Shown one piece after another: positions 46,876-56,597 of a stretch of DNA of 64,000 nucleotides. This DNA is from an uncultured bacterium. GTDB taxonomy: Bacteria; Verrucomicrobiota; Lentisphaeria; Victivallales; UBA1829. Position 1 is the stretch's first letter. Each line of letters opens with the position of its first letter. Below the pieces are notes generated by a model. That model was not told where the DNA came from and did not search any database. It saw only the letters and a program-made list of their open reading frames with translations. Location: positions 164,654-228,653 of the forward strand of contig CACYHQ010000001.1 in NCBI GenBank assembly GCA_902774245.1, written 5' to 3'. A program made the position numbers and the translations under genes.

Positions 46876-47370
46876 TCAGGCCTCCTTCTCTTTTTTTCCG
46901 AGGACATCCTCGGCGTAGTTGCAAATCTCAAAATACAGGATGAACAAGCCGGAAACGGGAATCGGCAGGTACATCACGGCATCCGGAATCTGAAGCGCGG
47001 GCATCACGTTGCGCGTGACGAACATCGCCTTGTGCAGCAGGAAGCAGCCGCCGTAAAGGAACGCCACGACGGTGAACATGATCGTCACGAGGTGGGCGAT
47101 CGTCGCCGCGGTCTTGCGCGGAGTGTCGGTCATCATGTTCACGATGAGGTCGATGCCGAGGTGTGACCGGCTGTTAAACGCCAGGGCAATGCCGAAGAAG
47201 GAGGACCAGACGAGCAGGAGGCAGGCGAGTTCCTCGGTCCAGGACACCTGCTTGCCCATGACGTAGCGGGACACGACGCCGAGGAGCACGTCAAGCACCA
47301 GGAGCGCCATGCTGGTTTCCAGCAGGAAACTCAGGATCTTGACCATGACGGTATGGACTTTTTGCATCAC
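46876..47370 (-). CDS. dctQ: TRAP transporter small permease subunit
   Basis: 164 aa with 4 transmembrane helices. Lies between dctP and dctM. Confidence 0.75.
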   Translation of the reverse strand: MMQKVHTVMVKILSFLLETSMALLVLDVLLGVVSRYVMGKQVSWTEELACLLLVWSSFFGIALAFNSRSHLGIDLIVNMMTDTPRKTAATIAHLVTIMFTVVAFLYGGCFLLHKAMFVTRNVMPALQIPDAVMYLPIPVSGLFILYFEICNYAEDVLGKKEKEA

Positions 47371-48395
47371 TTGACCTCCCGGATGCGCTTCGCGAGGTCC
47401 TGCAGTTCGGCCGGGAACGCATCGTAGATCGGTTTGGAAAGCTCGATGAAAGGCGCGCGGTCGACTTTGATGAACTCGACGCCCGCCTCACGCGCAATTT
47501 GCTCGTTGAGGACCTCGGACTCGCGCCATGCCTGCCGCTGGAACACGTTCGCGTCGGCGGCGGCCTGTTCGATCCAGCCTTTCTGCTCGGCGGTGAGCTC
47601 ATCCCATATCTTTTTGCTCATCACGAGCACGTCGGGCACGCGCTGGTGCTCCGTGAAGGTGAAGTATTTACATACCTCGAAATGGCGTCCGGTCACGAAG
47701 CTCGGGATGTTGTTTTCGGCGGCGTCCACGGTGCCCTGCGAAAGAGCGGTGTAGAGTTCGCCCCAGGAAATCGGGGTCGGGGAAGCCCCCAGCGCCTCCA
47801 TCGACTGCATGGCGATGGAGCTCTTCTGCGTGCGTATCTTCAGGCCCTTCATGTCCTCGGCGGAACGCACGGGCTTCTTTGTGGTGTACAGGCTGCGGGC
47901 GCCCGCGTCGAAGTAGCAGATGCCCATCAGTCCGTCGATCTTCCGCAGGAGCGATTTGCCGATCTCGCCGTTCATCACCGCCCAGAAATGCTCGGAGTCG
48001 CGGAACAGGAACGGCGCGCCGACGACCTGGAATTCCGGCACGGAGCCGTCAAGCACGGCGGCGGAGCATTTCGCGAACTCAATCTGCGCGTTCTGCGCCT
48101 GCTTGAAGCATTCGTCCTCGGAGCCGATCTGCCCGCCGGGATATATCTGAAGATCCATCGTGCCGGCGGAGAGCTCGCGCAGGCGTTCCGACATGTGCAT
48201 CATGGCAAGGTGTACCGGGTGGTCGGCGGAGAGGCCGTGCCCGAGACGGAGCACGCGGATGTTGCCGGACGTCCTGGCGGAACGGGCCGTGAACGCGCAA
48301 ATGGCGGTGGCGATGAAGCACGTCGTCAGGATGTTGAGGATCCACCAGGAGATGGGATTGGAAAACGTCTTGCGGGTCTTTTGAAGTTCAGACAT
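47367..48395 (-). CDS. dctP: TRAP transporter substrate-binding protein
   Basis: 342 aa with an N-terminal transmembrane/signal segment. The fold is DctP-family periplasmic binding protein. Confidence 0.85.
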   Translation of the reverse strand: MSELQKTRKTFSNPISWWILNILTTCFIATAICAFTARSARTSGNIRVLRLGHGLSADHPVHLAMMHMSERLRELSAGTMDLQIYPGGQIGSEDECFKQAQNAQIEFAKCSAAVLDGSVPEFQVVGAPFLFRDSEHFWAVMNGEIGKSLLRKIDGLMGICYFDAGARSLYTTKKPVRSAEDMKGLKIRTQKSSIAMQSMEALGASPTPISWGELYTALSQGTVDAAENNIPSFVTGRHFEVCKYFTFTEHQRVPDVLVMSKKIWDELTAEQKGWIEQAAADANVFQRQAWRESEVLNEQIAREAGVEFIKVDRAPFIELSKPIYDAFPAELQDLAKRIREVK

Positions 48396-48499
48396 GGCGG
48401 AAAATCTTGTCCTTTCGTTATATGAAGGTGAATAATTGACAGATATTGATTGTTATATTTTAGCATAAAAACTGAAAAAATCAAGAAGAAACGTACGCG

Positions 48500-48551
48500 C
48501 AAAAGTAAATAAATAAAAGAAAAGCCGCTCCCCCGATGAAGAGAGAGCGGC
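48500..48551 (-). terminator. Rho-independent terminator downstream of fba
   Basis: Stem gccgctc/gagcggc. On the minus strand it is followed by UUUUCUUUUAUUUAUUU. Confidence 0.45.
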
Positions 48552-48574
48552 GAAATCAAACGCTGATTGACGGA

Positions 48575-49549
48575 TCAATCGAAGGCGTGGTGGGCGGAAC
48601 CGAGCACGTTGATGACTTTGTGCTTGTAGAGTTCCTTGAGCATATCGCGGGCGGGGCCGAGATACTTGCGGGGGTCGAATTCCGCGGGCTTTTCCATCAG
48701 GACCTTGCGGACGCCGGCAGTCATGGCGAGACGGCCGTCGGAGTCGATGTTGATCTTGCAGACTGCGGACTTGGAAGCTTCGCGGAGCTGGTCTTCGCCG
48801 ATGCCGATGGCGTCCTTCAGCTGGCCGCCATACTGGTTGATCATCTGGACGTATTCCTGCGGAACGGAGGAGGAACCGTGGAGGACGATCGGGAAACCGG
48901 GGATGCGTTCTTCGATCTGTTTGAGGATGTCGAGGCGGATGCGGGGATCCGTACCCGGTTTGAACTTATAGGCGCCGTGGCTGGTGCCGATGGAGATGGC
49001 GAGGGAGTCGACACCGGTGCCGTTCAGGAAAGCCTGGACTTCTTCCGGACGCGTGTAGGTGTGCTGTTCGGCCTTGACTTCGTCTTCGACGCCGGCGAGG
49101 ACGCCGAGTTCGCCTTCGACCGTCACGTCGAACTTGTGCGCGTATTCGACGACCTTCTTGGTCAGGGCGACGTTGTCGTCGAAGGACTTGGAGGAGCCGT
49201 CGATCATGACGGAGGAGAAACCGAACTCGATGCAGCTCTGGCAGAGTTCGAAGGAATCGCCGTGGTCGAGGTGGAGGGCGATCGGGATCACCTTGCCGCC
49301 ACCGATTTCACGGGCGTATTCGACCGCGCCCTGCGCGAGGTAGCGGAGAAGCGTCTGGTTGGCGTAGTTGCGGGCGCCCTTGGAGACCTGAAGGATCACG
49401 GGGGATTCTTCTTCGGAGCAGGCGGCGATGATCGCCTGGAGCTGTTCCATGTTGTTGAAGTTGAATGCGGGGATCGCATAGTGGCCGGCCATCGCCTTTT
49501 TGAACATGTCGCGGGTGTTGACCAGTCCGAGATCTTTGTAGTTGACCAT
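48575..49549 (-). CDS. fba: fructose-bisphosphate aldolase, class II
   Basis: The product begins MVNYKDLGLVNTRDMFKKAMAGHYAIPAFNFNN. Zinc-binding His are present (LHLDHG, HGSSS). Confidence 0.9.
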   Translation of the reverse strand: MVNYKDLGLVNTRDMFKKAMAGHYAIPAFNFNNMEQLQAIIAACSEEESPVILQVSKGARNYANQTLLRYLAQGAVEYAREIGGGKVIPIALHLDHGDSFELCQSCIEFGFSSVMIDGSSKSFDDNVALTKKVVEYAHKFDVTVEGELGVLAGVEDEVKAEQHTYTRPEEVQAFLNGTGVDSLAISIGTSHGAYKFKPGTDPRIRLDILKQIEERIPGFPIVLHGSSSVPQEYVQMINQYGGQLKDAIGIGEDQLREASKSAVCKINIDSDGRLAMTAGVRKVLMEKPAEFDPRKYLGPARDMLKELYKHKVINVLGSAHHAFD

Positions 49550-49769
49550 ACGGTTGTCCTTTCCTATGATTAGGGTTGAAAGAAATGCATCATATCAATA
49601 TAGCACTGCACGGGAGAAAAAGCAATCTTTTTTTCGGGAAAAAAACGTTTTGCGCCCGATTCTTTTTCTTAAAATGCATTCTCACGTTTCCAGATAGGGG
49701 GTTGCGGATGGGGACGCAACGATGCCGTATGACTGAAGCCCCCTGTGATATCGGCATAAGGACGGAAAA

Positions 49770-49832
49770 ACCTACAAGTTTCAGTTAAATGGTATTCGAT
49801 TTAACTGAAACTTGCGTGTGTGCGCGGGAACA
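49770..49832. repeat. 63-bp direct repeat copy 1, containing a perfect 16-bp-stem hairpin (caagtttcagttaaat/atttaactgaaacttg)
   Basis: Identical to 49959-50021 except for 2 substitutions. On the minus strand the hairpin is followed by UAGGUUUUUCC, which is terminator-like. Confidence 0.5.
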
Positions 49833-49958
49833 ATCCTGTCTTCTCTTCCTGAGGGGGAAGAATACGAAAAAACGGAAAAGCCAGCTGTCTGGGGCGAAGA
49901 AGGACATGATCAGCTTCATCCCGGTTGTTCTTTGAAGAAGAAAGGAGAGAGTCGGCTA

Positions 49959-50021
49959 ACCTACAAGTTTCAGTTAAATGGTATTCGATTTAACTGAAAC
50001 TTGCGCGTGTGCGCGGGAAAA
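49959..50021. repeat. 63-bp direct repeat copy 2 with the same 16-bp hairpin
   Basis: Lies 189 bp from copy 1 and about 40 bp downstream of the RNase HIII stop. No U-run follows it on the minus strand. Confidence 0.5.
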
Positions 50022-50062
50022 CGTCTTTTTCAGATGCCCTGTTCTATCAGGAAACAAGCGGT

Positions 50063-50992
50063 TCAGTCGTCCAGCGGCAGGCCCATCGCCTTCCGGGCTG
50101 TTCGGAAATGCATCTTCGCGAACTTCCGCAGGAGCGGTTCGCCGCCGGAGAGGAAAAGCTGTTTCGCGGTCTTGTCGACCTGCGTTCCCGCCCCCTTCGG
50201 AAGCGGGCATCCGGCCTCTTCTTCGAGCGTTGATAACCTCCGCACGAACTCGGCACGCGCCAGGATGGATGCCGCGGCAACGGCGACGTCGCGTTCGCCC
50301 TTCGGGAACTGTTCCAGCCGGACGGCACGTCCGTTTTTGAGGAGGGCATTTTCCACGAGGCGCTTGTCGCCGAACTGGTCGGAGATCACGTGGCGGCATT
50401 CGGGCGCGAACTTGAGCATGTTTTCGAGGGCACGGGCATGCCCCCAGGCGAGAAAGCGGTTGAGGTTGCCGATATTCTCATAGGTACGGTTGTACGCCTC
50501 CGGGCCGATGACCACGACGCCGAACTTACCGTGAACCGTAGTCTTGACCTTCTCGGCGAGCGCGGCGATCTTCGTGTCGTCCTTGATGGCTTTGGAATCC
50601 CGGACGCCCGCTTTCGCCAGCGCGTCGGCCGTCTCGCGGTCCGCCACAAACACGCACGCCACGACCAGCGGCCCGAAGAAATCCCCCTTGCCGCTCTCGT
50701 CGATGCCGGCATGCGGGTCCTTGAACTCCAGGAGCGGCGGCGGTTCCGATTCGTCCGGCGTCAGCCCGATCAGCGGCTCCAGCACGAATTCGACGAAATC
50801 CTGCGTGCCGACGCCCTGCACCACGAGCTTGCCGGACCGGTATGCAGCCACCTGCGTTTTCTCACGGGCGGCTTTGAAGAGCATATACGGCCCTCCGGAA
50901 AAATCCCACGCGGAAATCGTTTCAAGATTGGCCCGAAGGGCATTCATCTGGTCGGGCGTCAGGGTCGCGACGAAACAAGTTTTACCATTCAC
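50063..50992 (-). CDS. rnhC: ribonuclease HIII
   Basis: Has the RNase HII-like catalytic core (GIDESGKGDFFGPLVVA...) preceded by an N-terminal extension of about 90 aa. Total 309 aa. Confidence 0.65.
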   Translation of the reverse strand: MNGKTCFVATLTPDQMNALRANLETISAWDFSGGPYMLFKAAREKTQVAAYRSGKLVVQGVGTQDFVEFVLEPLIGLTPDESEPPPLLEFKDPHAGIDESGKGDFFGPLVVACVFVADRETADALAKAGVRDSKAIKDDTKIAALAEKVKTTVHGKFGVVVIGPEAYNRTYENIGNLNRFLAWGHARALENMLKFAPECRHVISDQFGDKRLVENALLKNGRAVRLEQFPKGERDVAVAAASILARAEFVRRLSTLEEEAGCPLPKGAGTQVDKTAKQLFLSGGEPLLRKFAKMHFRTARKAMGLPLDD

Positions 50993-51195
50993 GGCAATAT
51001 CCTATCTTAGACAGAAAAAGGCAGACAAAGGCGGAAACTGGCATTTTTTTCAAAAAAAACGCCAAAACTTTTCTATTATAGCTTGAAAACTCGCAAGAAT
51101 CAAGTTAAAGTATGAATGTTTCCCGTGTTTTTTCGGAAAATTGCCGGGAAACGCCATCCTCACGATTCATGAACCGCATATAAGGAATAACGACG

Positions 51196-53106
51196 ATGAA
51201 GAACACAACATGGGTTTTTGGAAGCATGCTCGCCGCAGGCTGCATGCTGCTGTCCGTCCCCGTGGCCGCCCAGGGCAACTTCCCGCAGGGCATGCCCGGC
51301 GGAATGGGACGCGCCCCCGGGTTCCCGCAGCAGGCAGGCGCGCCAGGAGCATTCATTCCGGCCGCCGGGGCAAAGCCCGCAGCGGCAATGAATGCCGCGA
51401 CGAAGAACACGAATACCGCGAGGAATGAAAAGGCCGCGCTCGAAGCCGCAAAATATCAGCTCTCGAACCACCGCACCGACCTCATCAAGACCACGATCGA
51501 CGGTTATGCCGCCTCCGAGGACCTCTCCGATCCGGCCATCGTCCGCTCCATCAACGAGGATATCGAGAAGCACATGACGCTCGTTCCGTCCGTGCCCCTC
51601 GAAACAGCCGACGATCATGCCCTGAACGAAGAGGCCAAGAGACGGGTCAATCTGGAATTCGGCGTCGACGAAAAGAAGGCTCGCGAACTTCTGAACGCCG
51701 ATGCGGCAAAGGAAATCCCGCTCTACAAGGTCGGCGACAAAGTCGTCGTGAACTACAACATGGGCCCGAAACACTTCTCCGTCAGCGGCAAGCTCTACCG
51801 TGTCGGGGACAAAGCCATCACGGTCGAGGACAAGATCATCAACCTCGTCGACCTCAATGACGAGACCCGCGCGAAGTTCGATCCGCAGAGAAACAAATAC
51901 ATGCGCACCCAGTTCGTCGAAAAACGCCTCCAGATGCTTGCCCGCGAGAAGAACGACAAGCTCAACTACTTCTACGATATGCTCAAAGGCGAGATCTTCA
52001 AGCGCAACGAGACCGCCGGCTACATCTACGATCCGCAGACGGGCGAATGGGCCACCGCGCAGATGATCTCGAAGAACTACATCGACCGTATCGTGAAGGA
52101 AAAAGCGAAACAGCAGAAGCCGAGAACGACCGCCCAGACCAGACCCGACGACGATTTTGACGATTTCGAGGAAAACGGTCAGGGCGGCGCGCCCGTCACG
52201 AATCCCGCCGATACCGAAACGAAGCCCGATTCCGCGCAGACCGCCACGGTCATCCCGGTCAACGATGCGATCAAGATCGCCGACAATGCGGATTCCCTGG
52301 CGAAATACGAAGCCGTCATCGCCAAGGCGGAGAACCAGCAGAAGGATGCCAACGAGAACTACGCCGGCATCGACGCCGACTGCGGCTACAAGAAAGCCTG
52401 CTGGGGATTTAACATCGCCGACACCCGCTATGCGCTCTGGCATGAACCCGAATTCCCGCACATCGAGCCCGCTCTCGGACGCGACGTGATCAACTTCCCG
52501 CCCGAAGGACTGGACGTCGGCATCGCGGGCGAGCCCAGCACCATCGACCTCGTGTACGTCTCCAACAGCCTCTCCAAGGTCGTCTACATCATGAAGGACT
52601 GCTCCAGACAGGATTTCATCCGCTTCAAGGATTCCCTCACCGAGCAGTACGGCCCCGCCGCGGAAGAACGCGGTGCGAACGCCGCCGCGTTTGCCAACAT
52701 TTTCACGGGAAAGACCCAGCCGCAGCAAATCGCCGACGAGGATGAGATCGAAGCCGCGCAGGCCGCCGTGAAGGACGCCGAAAAGGCGTTCAACAAGGCC
52801 GTAGCCGAACTGAAAAACGCGAACGATGACAACCGCGACGAGCTCCAGGAAGCCCGCGACCAGGCCGCTTCCGTGCTGAAGGAAGCCAACGCGAAAGCCG
52901 AAGCGTTCGAGAACGCCGTCACCGCCGACAATCTCCCGTACGTCTTCTCCCGCATCAAGCTCGCGAAGGACGGCGACGGAAAGACCGTGCTCCCCTATAC
53001 GTTCAACTGGAAGGGTCAGAACGTCAACGGCACGCTTATCTTCTACTACGACAAGGCGAAGGACAGAGTCACCAGCATCGTTTTCGCCAAGGAATACAAG
53101 AAGTAA
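51196..53106 (+). CDS. hypothetical secreted protein (636 aa)
   Basis: Signal peptide MKNTTWVFGSMLAAGCMLLSVPVAAQG. No recognisable domain. Coiled-coil, Ala/Glu/Lys-rich C-terminal half. Confidence 0.5.
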   Translation: MKNTTWVFGSMLAAGCMLLSVPVAAQGNFPQGMPGGMGRAPGFPQQAGAPGAFIPAAGAKPAAAMNAATKNTNTARNEKAALEAAKYQLSNHRTDLIKTTIDGYAASEDLSDPAIVRSINEDIEKHMTLVPSVPLETADDHALNEEAKRRVNLEFGVDEKKARELLNADAAKEIPLYKVGDKVVVNYNMGPKHFSVSGKLYRVGDKAITVEDKIINLVDLNDETRAKFDPQRNKYMRTQFVEKRLQMLAREKNDKLNYFYDMLKGEIFKRNETAGYIYDPQTGEWATAQMISKNYIDRIVKEKAKQQKPRTTAQTRPDDDFDDFEENGQGGAPVTNPADTETKPDSAQTATVIPVNDAIKIADNADSLAKYEAVIAKAENQQKDANENYAGIDADCGYKKACWGFNIADTRYALWHEPEFPHIEPALGRDVINFPPEGLDVGIAGEPSTIDLVYVSNSLSKVVYIMKDCSRQDFIRFKDSLTEQYGPAAEERGANAAAFANIFTGKTQPQQIADEDEIEAAQAAVKDAEKAFNKAVAELKNANDDNRDELQEARDQAASVLKEANAKAEAFENAVTADNLPYVFSRIKLAKDGDGKTVLPYTFNWKGQNVNGTLIFYYDKAKDRVTSIVFAKEYKK

Positions 53107-53130
53107 TTTCCACACATTCGAACGATCCCG

Positions 53131-53168
53131 ATCCGGACGGTCCGCAAAGGTCCGCCCGGATTTTTTTA
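53131..53168 (+). terminator. Rho-independent terminator after the 636-aa gene
   Basis: Stem tccggacgg/ccgcccgga (one mismatch) followed by TTTTTTT. Confidence 0.5.
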
Positions 53169-53308
53169 TGCCCGGGTTCCCCGTAAAAACGGGAAGAAAT
53201 ATGTCATTCATAACCATTTGATTTTAAGCTGTATTACACAAAACTCCCGTCCATTTTTCCCTGTTCGCCCCCTTTTTTGAGAGACCAGCTCAAAAAAAAG
53301 GAGGGACA

Positions 53309-53929
53309 TTGCCCAAGATACAGAAGAAAACGAAACCGCCTTCCCAGTTCGGACGTCTCCCGTTCCGGCTCCGTTACCGGATCGCATGCCTGCTCCTGGA
53401 AGGCGCGACCAGTCAGGCCGTGCTCGCCAATCCCGAGGTCGCGGGAACGCTGAACGCGCTCGGACTGAGCTTGACGGCGGCCGCCGTTACGCGGTTTAAG
53501 ACTACGCGCGAATTCAAGACCATCGCCGAAGAACGGGAGAAGGTGCATCTGGCATACGAGGAAGTCCGCCTGTCCGCCGCGCTGCTCCGCGACTGCGAGG
53601 CGACGAGCGCCATAGCGGAGGAACTCAAGATCGACCTGCTGAAGCTCGTCCGCGAATGCACCGACGCCACGACTGACGATCCGAAGACGATAGAACGACT
53701 CGTACGTTCCGCCGTGACGCTGTCGAAATCCGTTTCGGACGGCCAGAATAACGTCCTGCGGAAACGCGTCGCCGCGCTGTCCGAAGAGAACGTCCGCCTG
53801 CGCGAGGCGCTCGAGCGCGCCCGGATGCAGTACAACGAACTGCTCGACCGCCGCCGGGACGAATGGTCCCGCGTGGACGGAGCCGAGGTTGCCGACCGTC
53901 TGTCCTCGATCCTCGGCATCAAACCGTAA
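53309..53929 (+). CDS. phage Mu gp27-like (DUF3486-type, terminase small-subunit-like) protein
   Basis: TTG start 4 nt after an AGGAGG Shine-Dalgarno. The N-terminal pattern RLPFRLRYRIACLLLEG.TSQAVLANPEV...LSLTAAAVTRF fits the DUF3486 consensus as recalled from memory; it has not been searched. Confidence 0.45.
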   Translation: MPKIQKKTKPPSQFGRLPFRLRYRIACLLLEGATSQAVLANPEVAGTLNALGLSLTAAAVTRFKTTREFKTIAEEREKVHLAYEEVRLSAALLRDCEATSAIAEELKIDLLKLVRECTDATTDDPKTIERLVRSAVTLSKSVSDGQNNVLRKRVAALSEENVRLREALERARMQYNELLDRRRDEWSRVDGAEVADRLSSILGIKP

Positions 53930-53967
53930 CCATGTTTCATCAACCCCAACCCATAAGGAAACAGAAC

Positions 53968-55200
53968 ATGAAACTGAATCATTCCGACCGGACCGCCGCA
54001 CGGAACGGCGGCATGCCCGCCCCGGGCCGCTGGATCGCGCCCGAACCGAACGACCGCGCCCGCTGGCTCCAGACCTCCGAGTACACTCCCGTGAACGTCT
54101 CGCGCATTCTGGAGGCCGCGAACGAAGGCGACATCGCGGAACTCGCCGTCGCCGCCCGCGAAATACAGGAACGCAACTGGGAAGTCATCCTGGCGATGCA
54201 GGTGCGGAAAAGTGCGCTGACCGGCCTCGACTGGGGCGTGGAACCCGGCGACGACCGCCCTGCTTCGAAGGACGCCGCGAAGGCGTTCGAAGCCGCGCTG
54301 AAGGAATCCGGCGGCGAATCCGGGCTCATGTCGTTCCACGAGCTCACCGGTCACCTGATGGACGCCGTGATCGCGCCTCTGTCCGCCGCCGAGATCGTCT
54401 GGAGCGCGGGCGGCTCGCTGGCGGGATTCCGTCCCGTAGGCGCCTGGCACTTCACGTTCCGCAGCTCGGAGACGCCCCTGCTCGTGACGGACGACAACCG
54501 CGCGGGCGTTCCCCTGCCCCCGTCGAAGTTCATCGTCCACACGCACGGCGGAGCGGGCGATCCCGCGCGCGCCGGACTCATCCGCACGCTGATCTGGCTG
54601 CACGTGTTCCAGAATTATCCGGTGAAGGACCTCGTGTCGTTCGTCGAGCGCTACGGCATGCCGTTCGTGGTGGCGAAGGTCGACCGCAGCGCGTGGGAGA
54701 ACGAACGCGGCGTGATGCGGAACCTGATCCGAAGTTTCGGGCCGAACGGCGGCGGCGTGTTCACGAAATCGACCGAACTGGAACTCCTGCAGGCGTCGAA
54801 CTCCGGCGGCGACGTCTATTTCAAGCTCCTGGAGTACACCTCGAAGGCGATCACGAAAGTCATCCTCGGCCAGCTCGCAAGCTCGTCCGAATCCGGCGGG
54901 CTTTCCGGCGGCGACGCCCAGTCGCGCGTCCGAAGCGACCTGCTGGAAGCCGATGCGCGCGCAATCGAATCGACCGTACGCGCCCAGCTCGCGGTCCCGT
55001 GGACCAGGTTCAATTTCGGCAACACGGCGGCAGTCCCGATTCTGAGATTCCGCAACTCCGCTCAGGAGGACCGTGCCGTCTTCGCCGGAATCGTCGAAAC
55101 GCTTCACCGCGCGGGCCTCGACGCCGATCCCGAGGAGATCTCCGCCCGGTTCGGGATCTCGCTGAAGCGCACGGAAACCGCCCCGGAGGTGCGTCAATGA
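53968..55200 (+). CDS. phage Mu gp29-like portal protein (DUF935 family)
   Basis: Shine-Dalgarno AAGGAAA precedes the ATG at 53968. The internal ...FVERYGMPFVVAKV... and overall composition resemble the Mu-type portal. The 411-aa length is shorter than typical. Confidence 0.5.
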   Translation: MKLNHSDRTAARNGGMPAPGRWIAPEPNDRARWLQTSEYTPVNVSRILEAANEGDIAELAVAAREIQERNWEVILAMQVRKSALTGLDWGVEPGDDRPASKDAAKAFEAALKESGGESGLMSFHELTGHLMDAVIAPLSAAEIVWSAGGSLAGFRPVGAWHFTFRSSETPLLVTDDNRAGVPLPPSKFIVHTHGGAGDPARAGLIRTLIWLHVFQNYPVKDLVSFVERYGMPFVVAKVDRSAWENERGVMRNLIRSFGPNGGGVFTKSTELELLQASNSGGDVYFKLLEYTSKAITKVILGQLASSSESGGLSGGDAQSRVRSDLLEADARAIESTVRAQLAVPWTRFNFGNTAAVPILRFRNSAQEDRAVFAGIVETLHRAGLDADPEEISARFGISLKRTETAPEVRQ

Positions 55201-55613
55201 CCGCCGCAACGCTCACCGTCGCGAACGCGCTGAAAAGCCTCGTTTCCGCCACGTTTCCCGCCGTCGGATTCGTGACCGCATCCACGCCGGAAACCGCGGT
55301 CCAGGCGAAATCCCTGCCCGGCGGACTCCGGCCGCCCTGCGTACTCATCCTCGCGGGCGACGGCGTCTACACGGACAGCACGCTTACGCGCCGTCAGCAG
55401 TTCCACCTGATCCTGATCGACGTGCTCGCGAGGACCAATGACGCCCGTACCGCCGCCTCGCTCGGACGATTCGACACCCTGCAGGAACTCTTCCCGCCGA
55501 AGGGCCTTTCGTCCGGCGATGTCGTGTTCATCCCGGAATCGTTCCGTCTGCTGGACTGCCCGGACGCCCGCGCCGCGGCGTGTCTGACTGTCGCCGCGCT
55601 GTCTCCGTCCTGA
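55197..55613 (+). CDS. hypothetical protein (138 aa) translationally coupled to the portal-like gene
   Basis: ATGA overlap with the portal stop. Encodes MTAATLTVANALKSL... with no recognised domain. Confidence 0.35.
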   Translation: MTAATLTVANALKSLVSATFPAVGFVTASTPETAVQAKSLPGGLRPPCVLILAGDGVYTDSTLTRRQQFHLILIDVLARTNDARTAASLGRFDTLQELFPPKGLSSGDVVFIPESFRLLDCPDARAAACLTVAALSPS

Positions 55614-55636
55614 GCCTGGTTTACATCAAAAACCGT

Positions 55637-55678
55637 AACGCACAGTTGTTTACCTTCAAACAGCCGTGCGTTTTTTTG
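55637..55678 (+). terminator. Rho-independent terminator closing the phage-like module
   Basis: Stem acgcac/gtgcgt with inner tgttt/aaaca pairing, followed by TTTTTTT. Confidence 0.45.
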
Positions 55679-55694
55679 TACCCTAAAAGCAGGC

Positions 55695-56357
55695 TTATTG
55701 CGAATTCAGAATACCTTCCACGACGCGGATCTGTTCCTGTTCGGCCTGAAGCGCGGCTTCGATCGCGGCGGAGTCCTTCGTCCGCGCATGGCGTTCCAGC
55801 ATGACGCGCGACGATCCCCTGCTCAGGAGTTCACGGGCGGCGGTCCTGAGGGGATCAAGCCGTTCGTCGTCGGGCGGCAGTTCGGCGATACGGTCGGCGA
55901 GTTCGGGATAACGCTTCATGAAGACGCCAAGATTCCACGGTTCGGCCGAATCGGGATTCTCGATCCTGATGTCCCGTATCGTGTCCGCCGCCTCGTCAAG
56001 ACCGGTGATCACGCTCAGATACACGATCTTCTGCGCGGATCGGATCTCCACGCTCCCGAGCAGCAGACATTCCTGACGGCGGATCAGCCGGAAATAGCGC
56101 GGACGCAGGCTCGACGCGACCACGACGACGCCCGGTTTTCCGATATATTTCTTCGCCGCATCCCGGACCGCTTCCGGGATCGTTTCGAGCGTATCCGGCG
56201 TCACAAGAACGCACGGCGCATCCAGGGTACAATCCGCGATTTCCATGACCTCCGACATGACGGCAGGTTCAGGGTTCTCCTGCGCGGCGGAACGGCAGGA
56301 CACGGCCCCGAAACAGAGCAGCACGCAGAAGAAGGAAAGAACGATAATCGGTTTCAT
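55695..56357 (-). CDS. hypothetical lipoprotein
   Basis: Signal peptide plus lipobox-like MKPIIVLSFFCVLLCFGAVSC. No recognised domain. The start was chosen at Met 31 of the track ORF. Confidence 0.45.
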   Translation of the reverse strand: MKPIIVLSFFCVLLCFGAVSCRSAAQENPEPAVMSEVMEIADCTLDAPCVLVTPDTLETIPEAVRDAAKKYIGKPGVVVVASSLRPRYFRLIRRQECLLLGSVEIRSAQKIVYLSVITGLDEAADTIRDIRIENPDSAEPWNLGVFMKRYPELADRIAELPPDDERLDPLRTAARELLSRGSSRVMLERHARTKDSAAIEAALQAEQEQIRVVEGILNSQ

Positions 56358-56597
56358 GTAAGATCGAGGTTGTTTTGTGCAGGAAAACGACGCAAAAAAA
56401 CGTGAATGACTTGCAAATAATATGCTTCTCCAGACACCGGTTTTCAAGCGGAGGAGATGGATTCCGGGATTTTTTTTAAGTTTTTTATATTTTTTTTCTA
56501 AAAAAAGTCGATTTTCGGGTTGTACTGCGGCAAAAATGGATTAGGTTATCATATCCGCTTTTTTCCGACCTCTTCACGCGTGGTATTTAGATAGCAC

